In this document: positions 57,162 to 64,000 of the stretch, in pieces | Position numbering within the stretch: position 1 is the stretch's first letter | Layout of the letters: every line of letters starts with the position of its first letter | Assembly: GCA_016195265.1 (NCBI GenBank) | Contig: JACPZW010000062.1 | Coordinates: forward strand, 9,904-73,903 | Direction: 5' to 3' | DNA: 64,000 nt | DNA from: Acidobacteriota bacterium | GTDB lineage: Bacteria; Acidobacteriota; Vicinamibacteria; Vicinamibacterales; CAVVIG01 | Notes under the pieces: model-generated | Told to the model about the DNA's origin: nothing | What the model saw: the letters and a program-made list of their open reading frames with translations, nothing else | Databases searched by the model: none | Translations under genes and position numbers: made by a program

Positions 57162-58573
57162 TTCGGTTCCAGCGTCGCCCGCAGCGCGTCGAACAGCACC
57201 TGCGCCGCTTCGGCGACGGCATCGAGCGGCACGCGTTCGGCGTCGCCGTGCATCTGCGAGACGACGTCCGCTGGCACGATCGCGGGGAAGATGCCGTAGC
57301 TCTTCACGCCCTTCGGACGGAAGGCGTTCGAATCGGTGCCGTACGGAATCAGCATCGGCGTCACGACCGCATCGGGATGACGCCGGATGATCGCCGCTTC
57401 CAGATTGCGGTACAGCGCGGAATCCTGCGACGTGACGATCGGATCGTCGGATTCGTTGACGACGTCGATCTTCAGCGGCGGATCGCCGAGCCGCCGCCGG
57501 ACGTCCGCAATCCACTGATCGCGCGTGGTGCCCGGCAGCACCCGGCAGTCGAGGCCCGCTTCAGCGACCGAGGGGATGACATTGATCTTCGGCGGATCGC
57601 CGACGCCCGACTTGAACCACGTCAGCGAAATCGTCGATCGCTGGATGGCGTTGGTGAACTTGTTCTGCGCGAGCGTGCCGACGCGCGTCCGCATGATCTC
57701 GACGATGCTGTCTTTCGCCGGCACGGTGCGGGCGCCCGGCGGTTCGGCGAGCAGCCGCTGCAGCGCGTTGACGAGATGATCGTTCGCGTTCTGCTCGATC
57801 GGCTGGCTGCCATGGCCGGCGACGCCCTCGGCGCGTATCTTGAGCCAGACGATCTTCTTTTCCGCGACGGAGATGCCGTAGACGAGCTTGCCCGGCGCGA
57901 ACATCTCGCGGCTGCCGAACCCGCCTTCGTCGATCACGTACTCGGGATCGAGCTCGGCGTAGTGATTCGCGATCATCCATCGCGCGCCGGTGGCGCCGCC
58001 GACCTCCTCGTCCGGCTCGGCGAGCAGAATCACGTCGCGCGCGAGCGGCACACGCTGCCGTTTCAGCATCAGGAACGCCATCAGCTGCGAGACGGCCTGG
58101 CCCTTCATGTCGAACGCGCCGCGGCCCCACAGCGCGTTGTCGCGAACCACCGGCGCGAACGGATCCGTCTTCCACTGCGCGCGGTCGGCCGGCACGACGT
58201 CCATGTGATGCAGCAGCACGAGGGCCTTGCCCGCGGGCGGGGAGACGGTCGCCTTGAGGCGGCCGTAGACGATGGCCTTGCCCGGCTCGGACTCGTAGCG
58301 CGTGACCCGGATGCCCTCGCGTTCCAGCACGCCGGCGAGAAAGTCGGCGGCCGCCCGGGTGTCGCCAGGGGGATTCGAGGTGTCGATGCGGACGTACTCC
58401 TGCAGCAGGCGCGTCACTTCGTCGGGCGCCTGTGCGAAGAGATTAATCACGGAGGACACAGAGGACACGGAGGAAGAAATGAATAGGGAAGAAGCCAATA
58501 CGAAAGCCGGAACGGGGGCGATCACATTTCCTATCCTCCGTGCCCTTCGTGGTTCATTTCGCTCTTTGGTCAT
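57158..58573 (-). CDS. M20-family metallopeptidase, secreted
   Basis: HHMDVVPAD and GRGAFDMKG motifs. Start set by the ATGA overlap with the upstream gene. The N-terminal hydrophobic region is encoded by a word hairpin. Confidence 0.8.
   Translation of the reverse strand: MTKERNEPRRARRIGNVIAPVPAFVLASSLFISSSVSSVSSVINLFAQAPDEVTRLLQEYVRIDTSNPPGDTRAAADFLAGVLEREGIRVTRYESEPGKAIVYGRLKATVSPPAGKALVLLHHMDVVPADRAQWKTDPFAPVVRDNALWGRGAFDMKGQAVSQLMAFLMLKRQRVPLARDVILLAEPDEEVGGATGARWMIANHYAELDPEYVIDEGGFGSREMFAPGKLVYGISVAEKKIVWLKIRAEGVAGHGSQPIEQNANDHLVNALQRLLAEPPGARTVPAKDSIVEIMRTRVGTLAQNKFTNAIQRSTISLTWFKSGVGDPPKINVIPSVAEAGLDCRVLPGTTRDQWIADVRRRLGDPPLKIDVVNESDDPIVTSQDSALYRNLEAAIIRRHPDAVVTPMLIPYGTDSNAFRPKGVKSYGIFPAIVPADVVSQMHGDAERVPLDAVAEAAQVLFDALRATLEPK
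58448..58552. repeat. CACGGAGG-family word hairpin inside the 5' end of a CDS
   Basis: Left arm 58448-58483 and right arm 58522-58552 are largely complementary. Related words lie at 1061-1120, 1283-1307, 35524-35550 and 38729-38758. Confidence 0.7.
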
Positions 58574-59064
58574 AGCGCCTCGAACACACCAGTCTCTCGA
58601 TTTTTCCGCACTCGATCCCACACGAAGCAGCGTCCGTTCATCGCAATGTAGACGCCCGGCGGCAGCGCCTGCACGAACGACAGGGCGCTCCCGAGGTTGA
58701 ACAATCCATCCGAACTGCCGAACGCGTACGGCACCATCGCGCCGGTCAGGGCGATCGTCTTCGTGCCGAGCGCCGGGACCGCGGTCGCAATCGCGGCCGC
58801 GGTCTCCACCATCGTATCGGTGCCGTGCGTGACGACGATGCGCGGCTCCGCGGAGTCGCGGCAGTGCTGCACGATGCGCGCGCGATCGGCGGCCGTCATG
58901 TCGAGGCTGTCGATCATCATCAGCGTCGCGATCGCGACGTCCACCCGCGATCGCCCGAGCCGCAGCATTTCGTGCAGGTGCGTGCCGCCGAAGACCAGCG
59001 CTCCGGTGAGTTCGTTGTACTGCTTATCGAAGGTGCCGCCGGTGACGAAGACGCGAATGGACAT
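58570..59064 (-). CDS. Short asparaginase-domain protein
   Basis: 164 aa with the VTGGTFD and THGTDT motifs of the L-asparaginase N-terminal domain. Confidence 0.7.
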   Translation of the reverse strand: MSIRVFVTGGTFDKQYNELTGALVFGGTHLHEMLRLGRSRVDVAIATLMMIDSLDMTAADRARIVQHCRDSAEPRIVVTHGTDTMVETAAAIATAVPALGTKTIALTGAMVPYAFGSSDGLFNLGSALSFVQALPPGVYIAMNGRCFVWDRVRKNRETGVFEAL

Positions 59065-59074
59065 CTAGTCAACG

Positions 59075-60769
59075 TCACGCGCGGCGATGGATCAAGCGCG
59101 GTGCGGCGATCAGCGCGCCGCCGTAGAGCGCGAGCGCGATGAAGAGCGTCGCCGGGCGCGATCGCGGCAGATCCTCGGCGAGCAGCTTGAGGCCGCCGAT
59201 CACCAGGACCGGGTAGAGCAGCCACGTCGATTCGTGGAAGCGCTCGTAGCGACCGGTCCAGGCGAGGAAGACGGCGGCGCCCGCGAGGACCGTCGTGCGC
59301 ACGGTCGCCACGACGCCCGCGTCGGCGCCGGCGCCGGGCACGCCGGACACCTCCGGCGTCAGCAGCGCGACCAGCGTCCCGCCGGCGGCCCAGACGCACG
59401 CGATGGCGACGATCAGTCTCGGCAGCCGCGCGTACGCGCGATCGCCGGGTGAGGGCAGCAGCCAGCACACGGCCGAGGTCGCCAGCACGATCGCGGCGGC
59501 GGCGGTCACGGGCGGCCAGGCGTCCGCGACCGAGCCGGCCAGCGCGTAGCCCGCCGACGTCAGCAGGCCCGAGATCGCGCCGGCCGCGACGAGGTAGATC
59601 GCGCCGTGAATCGCGAGCGACACGCGATCCACCTGCCGCGCGCCCCACGTGGAGACGAGCGCGAGCGCGGCGCACGCGGCGGCGAGCGCGGCGTCGCCAA
59701 GCAGCAGCCGGCTGCTCACGAGGATCAGGATGAGACCGAGCGCCGTGTAGAAATGGAAATTGCGGCGCAGTCCCTGGCGCCGCGCGATGAAGACGAACGC
59801 CACCGCATAGCAGCCGGCGCCGAACGCGAGATTGATGAGCGCCAGCGTCGCGACGCCGGATCCGGTGGACTGTGCGACGTAGACCGCGCCGCCGAATCCG
59901 GCGCCCAGCACGCCGATCGTCTGCACGATCTCGAATCCGATCACGTCACGTCCGCGAAACAGCGTCCGCACGACGATGCTGGCGAGATACCCGTTCAGCA
60001 GCAGCATCTGCACGCCGAGCACGCGCAGCGGCGATTCAGCCCACGCGCCGTTCGACACGCGCAGCGTCAGCGCGTACACCGCGACGTCGGCGACCAGCGC
60101 GACCGGCCACCGGAGCCAGACCCAGCCCAGTGCGTAGCCCAGCCACAGTGTCGCGACGCCGAGGAGCGTCAGAAACACCGCGAACGGCACAACGACGGCG
60201 GTCGAGGTGATCAGGGCGAGCGCGATCGGCAGCGCCGCGCCGACAACGATCCACGCGATCGCCTGCAGCCGCCGGTGAATGGCGACGGCGAGCGCGACCG
60301 CGGTGACGAGCGTCAGCGCCGCGGCCGTGGCGTCCGGTCCGAGGAACTTGAACCGGACGGTGGCTTCCCAGAGCAGCGGGAACGCGATGATCGCGAACAC
60401 GACGCCGTGGAACGCGGCGTTGAGAGGATGCCGTCCGGCGCGGTCGGCGAACACGAGCCACGACAGTGCGTACGCCAGGCCGAGCGCGATGCCGGCCGCC
60501 TGCGGAAGGATGGCGGAATCGGTCAGCGCGCGCAGCAGGTACGCGCCGCCGAGCGCGACGAATGTGCGGCCGATGAACGACAGGAGGGTGACGAACTCGT
60601 CGCGCGCGATCGGCGACCGGGAGTCGTCGTCGATGACCGCCGGCTCGACTGCGCTCGATGCGCGGATGCTCCGCTCGCGTTCGAGGACAGCGATGCGCTG
60701 TTCGAGGGCCCGTTGCGAGCCCTCAAGCTCGCGGATGGCGGATTCAGCGCGCGCGAGCCGATCGTCCAT
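59075..60769 (-). CDS. DUF2339-like polytopic membrane protein with an N-terminal coiled coil
   Basis: N-terminal AESAIRELEGSQRALEQRIAVLERE, followed by more than 12 hydrophobic segments. Confidence 0.6.
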   Translation of the reverse strand: MDDRLARAESAIRELEGSQRALEQRIAVLERERSIRASSAVEPAVIDDDSRSPIARDEFVTLLSFIGRTFVALGGAYLLRALTDSAILPQAAGIALGLAYALSWLVFADRAGRHPLNAAFHGVVFAIIAFPLLWEATVRFKFLGPDATAAALTLVTAVALAVAIHRRLQAIAWIVVGAALPIALALITSTAVVVPFAVFLTLLGVATLWLGYALGWVWLRWPVALVADVAVYALTLRVSNGAWAESPLRVLGVQMLLLNGYLASIVVRTLFRGRDVIGFEIVQTIGVLGAGFGGAVYVAQSTGSGVATLALINLAFGAGCYAVAFVFIARRQGLRRNFHFYTALGLILILVSSRLLLGDAALAAACAALALVSTWGARQVDRVSLAIHGAIYLVAAGAISGLLTSAGYALAGSVADAWPPVTAAAAIVLATSAVCWLLPSPGDRAYARLPRLIVAIACVWAAGGTLVALLTPEVSGVPGAGADAGVVATVRTTVLAGAAVFLAWTGRYERFHESTWLLYPVLVIGGLKLLAEDLPRSRPATLFIALALYGGALIAAPRLIHRRA

Positions 60770-60774
60770 ATAGA

Positions 60775-60892
60775 AGATTTGAGGATTTTGGGATTTGAGG
60801 ATGTGAGGATTTGAAGAAGGGAAGAATCCAGCGACTCTGCACCATTTCAGATCCTCACATCCTCAGATCCTCACATCCTCATATCCTCAAAT
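60775..60892. terminator. Word hairpin (GAGGAT/ATCCTC words)
   Basis: Left arm 60775-60813 and right arm 60846-60892. The stop codon of the cytochrome gene lies in the right arm. Confidence 0.55.
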
Positions 60893-62236
60893 TCGGTGTC
60901 GTTGATCGATGTGCCTGACTTTCAGGGCGAGAGCCACGACAACGATCAGAATCGCGCCGAGCGATATCGCGAGGCCGCCGCGGCGGAACTTCAGCTCGCC
61001 CATGCCCTTCTGTCCGGCGGCATCGACGCCGGCGACGATCGTCGTGCCTTCCTTGATGATCGGCGCGACCAGCGCCGGCTCGAACGCGTGCATCTCGGTG
61101 CGGGCCAGGGTCAGCTTCGTGTTCGCCTCGCGCAGCGCGAGTTCCTGATCGCTGACTTCGATCCCCGCGTTCTTGACGCGGGCGATCAGCGCGTGCGACT
61201 GCTCAATGGCGGTCTTAAGCTGCTCGAACTGCGTGCGCATCGTCTCGGCGGCGGCGGCGCCCTTGTCGCCCTTGTCCTCGGCTGTGTGGCACGGCTGGCA
61301 GATGCCCTTGCCGGTGACGCCGAGCATCGCGTCCGACGGCCTCTGGACCCCGTGATTGCTGTGACACTCGACGCAGCCCTTGTCGAAGATCTGCTTGTGC
61401 ACGCTCGTCGCGAACTTCTCCGCGAAGACGGCGTGGCACGAGCCGCACACGTTCGCGATCGCGCCGACGCCCGGCGGCACGGCGCCGTGGTTGCCGTGGC
61501 AGTCGTTGCACGTCGGCGCCGACAGATCGTTGCCCTTCGTCAGCGCGTTGTAGTGCACGCTCGTCTGGTAGTCGGCCAGCTGATGCGTGGGCAGCGGCGA
61601 GCCATCAGGCAGCTTGTAGCCCGCCATCCGCGTCGCGTCCGCGTGGCAGCTCGCGCACGTCGTCGCGACGCTGGTGGGGAACACGGGCGACTTCGCGTCC
61701 GACACGAGCCGGATGCCGTGCGCGCCGTGGCAGCTGGCGCACGTCGCGACGTTGGTGTCGCCCGACGCGAGACGCTTGCCGTGTGTGCTGGTCGCGTACT
61801 CGGCCGCCTGGTCGACGCGCTGCTTGGGCGCGTAGCGGCGCATCAGCTCGGCGTCGCTGTGGCAGCGCGCGCACGCGGCGATGACCTGCGATCCGGCCGG
61901 CTTGCCTTTGTAGCCCTTCGCGGCGTCGTGCGCCTGCGCCTTGACGGTCGCGGCCGGATTGCCGCCGTGGCAGTCCACGCACGCGAAGCCTCTCTCACGG
62001 TGGACGTCCTGCTGCGCGAAGAGCGCGGCGGGCGTGGCGAGGCGCGCGTCCTGCTGCGTCGTGTGGCACGTCAGGCACGAATTCGCCGCAGGCGCGCTCT
62101 GCGCGGCCGCCGGCGTGACGAAGAACAGTACAGAAAAGAAGCAACCGCAGAGCTCGCTGAGAACGCGGAGCTGTGAGCGGTACACATCTCGTCTGCGCCC
62201 TCTGCGATCTCCGCGGTCGCTTTCGATGAAGGACAT
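60887..62236 (-). CDS. Nonaheme c-type cytochrome with a C-terminal membrane anchor
   Basis: Nine CxxCH motifs (CLTCH, CVDCH, CARCH, CASCH x2, CNDCH, CGSCH, CVECH, CQPCH), an N-terminal hydrophobic segment and a C-terminal transmembrane segment. Confidence 0.85.
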   Translation of the reverse strand: MSFIESDRGDRRGRRRDVYRSQLRVLSELCGCFFSVLFFVTPAAAQSAPAANSCLTCHTTQQDARLATPAALFAQQDVHRERGFACVDCHGGNPAATVKAQAHDAAKGYKGKPAGSQVIAACARCHSDAELMRRYAPKQRVDQAAEYATSTHGKRLASGDTNVATCASCHGAHGIRLVSDAKSPVFPTSVATTCASCHADATRMAGYKLPDGSPLPTHQLADYQTSVHYNALTKGNDLSAPTCNDCHGNHGAVPPGVGAIANVCGSCHAVFAEKFATSVHKQIFDKGCVECHSNHGVQRPSDAMLGVTGKGICQPCHTAEDKGDKGAAAAETMRTQFEQLKTAIEQSHALIARVKNAGIEVSDQELALREANTKLTLARTEMHAFEPALVAPIIKEGTTIVAGVDAAGQKGMGELKFRRGGLAISLGAILIVVVALALKVRHIDQRHRI

Positions 62237-62242
62237 GGCGGC

Positions 62243-63325
62243 CTACTTCGCGTACTGACCGATGATGGTGAACGTCACGAGATATACGAGCCCCAGCACG
62301 GCGAGCACGGTGAACGCCGGGCTGCGCTCGCCTTTGAGCGCTTTCCGATCCAGAAACGGCACGACGACCAGCACCATCGCCACGATGCCGAATGCGACGA
62401 CGCCGAGCTGCTCGCCTTCGAAACCCATGATGTGGCTCGGGATCAGTTTCAGCGTGTAGAACACGGCGAGGAAGTACCACTCGGGCCGGATGCCGGGCGG
62501 CACGACGGCGAATGGATCCGCCTTGCTGCCGAGCTCCCACGGATAAAACGCCGCGAGCGCGGCGAGGATCGCCAGCAGCACGTACCACGCGAGCACGTCG
62601 CGCATGATGTAGTTCGGGAAGAACGGCATCTGCGGCAGCGTCTCGCCGGGCTTGAGCTTCTTCTCGACCGACAGCGGCACGCTCATGCCCTGGCGCTGCA
62701 CGAGCAGCAGATGTCCGGCGACGAGCGCCGTCGCCATCGCCGGCAGAATCGCCACGTGCAGGCCGTAGAAGCGCGACAGCGTCGCGCCGGTGACGTCGTC
62801 GCCGCCGCGCAGCAGCCGCAGCATGAAGTGGCCCACGACCGGCACCGCGCCGGCGCTGCCCGTGCCCACCTTCGTCGCGAAGAACGACAGCTCGTTCCAC
62901 GGCAAGAGATACCCGCTGAAGCCGAAGCCCAGCATCAGGAACAGCAGCAGGATGCCGCTCAGCCACGTCAGCTCGCGTGGCTTGCGGTACGACTTGAGCA
63001 GGAACACGCTGAAGAAATGCGCGAAGGCCAGCGCGATCAGCAGATTCGCCGACCAGCTGTGGATGTTGCGGATCAGCCAGCCGAACTCGACCTTCGTGAC
63101 GATGAACTGAACGCTCTCGTAGGCTTCCGCGGCGCTCGGCCGGTAATAAAGGAGGAGGAGGATGCCGGTCGCGACCTGGACGCCGAACAGGAACAGCGTC
63201 ATGCCGCCGAGGTAGTACCAGACCTTCTGCGTGTGGACCGGCACGCCCTTCTCGGCGACGAAGTGCCGGATCTCGCTCAGGTCGACGCGTTCGTCCAGCC
63301 AGTCGATGGTCTTTTGCAGCATCAC
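62243..63325 (-). CDS. Cytochrome b (b6 plus subunit-IV-like regions in one polypeptide)
   Basis: [33 protein letters not shown] and AFAHFF heme-ligand contexts. 360 aa. Confidence 0.9.
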   Translation of the reverse strand: MMLQKTIDWLDERVDLSEIRHFVAEKGVPVHTQKVWYYLGGMTLFLFGVQVATGILLLLYYRPSAAEAYESVQFIVTKVEFGWLIRNIHSWSANLLIALAFAHFFSVFLLKSYRKPRELTWLSGILLLFLMLGFGFSGYLLPWNELSFFATKVGTGSAGAVPVVGHFMLRLLRGGDDVTGATLSRFYGLHVAILPAMATALVAGHLLLVQRQGMSVPLSVEKKLKPGETLPQMPFFPNYIMRDVLAWYVLLAILAALAAFYPWELGSKADPFAVVPPGIRPEWYFLAVFYTLKLIPSHIMGFEGEQLGVVAFGIVAMVLVVVPFLDRKALKGERSPAFTVLAVLGLVYLVTFTIIGQYAK

Positions 63326-63329
63326 GCTT

Positions 63330-63442
63330 GTCGGCAGCCCTGAAGGCCTGCGCTACCTCTCGCTGTCGGCAGCCCTGAAGGGCTGCGCTACCTCCCGCGC
63401 AATCAGCCGGCTCTCGCCGTAGCGCAGGCCTTCAGGCCTGCC
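63330..63442. repeat. Three REP-like elements, family C
   Basis: GTCGGCAGCCCTGAAGGCCTGCGCTACCTC (63330-63358) has a near-identical copy at 63365-63393. An inverted copy, GTAGCGCAGGCCTTCAGGCCTGCC, lies at 63419-63442. Confidence 0.8.
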
Positions 63443-63881
63443 GCGACACCACGATCTCCGCGTCGGCGCCGTCACCGCGCACGTTCACCGCGAACTTCTC
63501 GAGGCCGCGCGGCGGCGGGCCGGACACCACGTTGCCGCCCAGGTCGTAGGTGCCGTTGTGGCACGCGCACCAGAGCTGCGACGTGTCCGCCTTGAATTGC
63601 ACCGTGCAGTCCAGGTGGGTGCAGACGGCGCTGAACGCGCGCAGTTCGCCCTCGGCCGTGCGCACGACGATCCCCGGCCTGTTGCCGAACTTGAAGACCT
63701 TCCCCGAGTTCGGCTTCAGCTCGGCGGCCCTGGCCGCGACCGCGCTCGCGGTCTCCGGCTCGCCGCTGACCGGCGGCACGAGGTACCGCGCCACCGGGTA
63801 CGCCATGGCCGCCGCGGTGGAGACGAACCCCACCGCGAGCAGGCCGTCGAGAAACGCGCGGCGGTCGAAGTCCGCCGTCAT
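63432..63881 (-). CDS. Rieske [2Fe-2S] protein with a Tat signal
   Basis: RRAFLDG, CTHLDC and CACHNG cluster-binding boxes. Confidence 0.9.
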   Translation of the reverse strand: MTADFDRRAFLDGLLAVGFVSTAAAMAYPVARYLVPPVSGEPETASAVAARAAELKPNSGKVFKFGNRPGIVVRTAEGELRAFSAVCTHLDCTVQFKADTSQLWCACHNGTYDLGGNVVSGPPPRGLEKFAVNVRGDGADAEIVVSRQA

Positions 63882-64000
63882 TTGAGGGTTTCGAGATAGG
63901 CGACCAGCGCGTCGAGCTGTTCCGGCGTCAGCTTCTGATCCTTCATGGCCGGGGTCCGCGTCGCCTTGGTCTTCGCCCGCATCTCCTCGGGGTTGGTGAG
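63878..64000 (-). CDS. C-terminal end of a probable class I c-type cytochrome, 5' end outside the window
   Basis: Reverse frame reads ...PAMKDQKLTPEQLDALVAYLETLK-stop, overlapping the Rieske ATG (ATGA). No heme motif falls within the visible part. Confidence 0.4.
   Translation of the reverse strand, partial: LTNPEEMRAKTKATRTPAMKDQKLTPEQLDALVAYLETLK

Noticed and set aside
62237-62245. Cytochrome b (TAG stop) and the nonaheme cytochrome are in the same frame, separated by only two codons. This could be a read-through fusion.
   Set aside because: Same-frame adjacency has a one-in-three chance. The downstream protein has its own N-terminal hydrophobic/signal-like segment. The TAG context (AAG TAG GCC) differs from the two CTAGG cases.

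Overview
High-GC bacterial chromosomal segment. The gene content suggests Acidobacteriota: four CarboxypepD_reg/TonB-type outer-membrane proteins, a BlaR1 protein with a TIGR03435-like C-terminal domain, a TIGR03436-like VWFA protein and an ADOP/FtsX permease relic. This taxon call is inference only. I support about 50 protein-coding genes, listed here by coordinate.

- 2-5584: aconitase-X two-subunit pair; a fused 2-oxoacid dehydrogenase E1 alpha/beta gene; an unknown 432-aa protein; a VOC-fold fragment.
- 6064-12400: nitrilase; a membrane protein; a HAD hydrolase; a class A beta-lactamase; a split YeeE/YedE pair; glnS.
- 12587-20235: a TonB-type outer-membrane gene; vapBC; formamidase; a second TonB-type outer-membrane gene.
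- 20279-27745: a MoxR-DUF58-BatA-like (Bat-type) operon.
- 27853-33101: amidohydrolase; a transglutaminase plus ABC exporter operon.
- 33213-40888: a BlaI/BlaR1-led cluster.
- 40986-52662: a sulfatase; a GAF-PAS sensor, histidine kinase and response regulator island; DUF4159; GNAT; DinB; a TonB-type outer-membrane gene.
- 52837-64000: a long minus-strand block with a Rieske/cytochrome b module and a nonaheme cytochrome c, then DUF2339, a short asparaginase, an M20 peptidase and two sulfatase-TPR lipoproteins.

I found no rRNA, tRNA, CRISPR array, transposase or prophage.

Main oddities:
1. At least four families of REP-like elements (GTAG plus a GC-rich palindrome, often in inverted doublets) are present. 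Many copies sit in frame inside at least seven ORFs, and some supply stop codons.
2. A second class of low-complexity 'word' hairpins fills intergenic gaps and extends into CDS termini, in places encoding signal peptides or C-terminal tails.
3. Two large conserved genes are each split by a single in-frame TAG, and both sit in the pentamer CTAGG.
4. There are several gene relics and a well-formed BlaI-type operator/promoter.

All homology statements come from motif recognition by eye. No database search was run.
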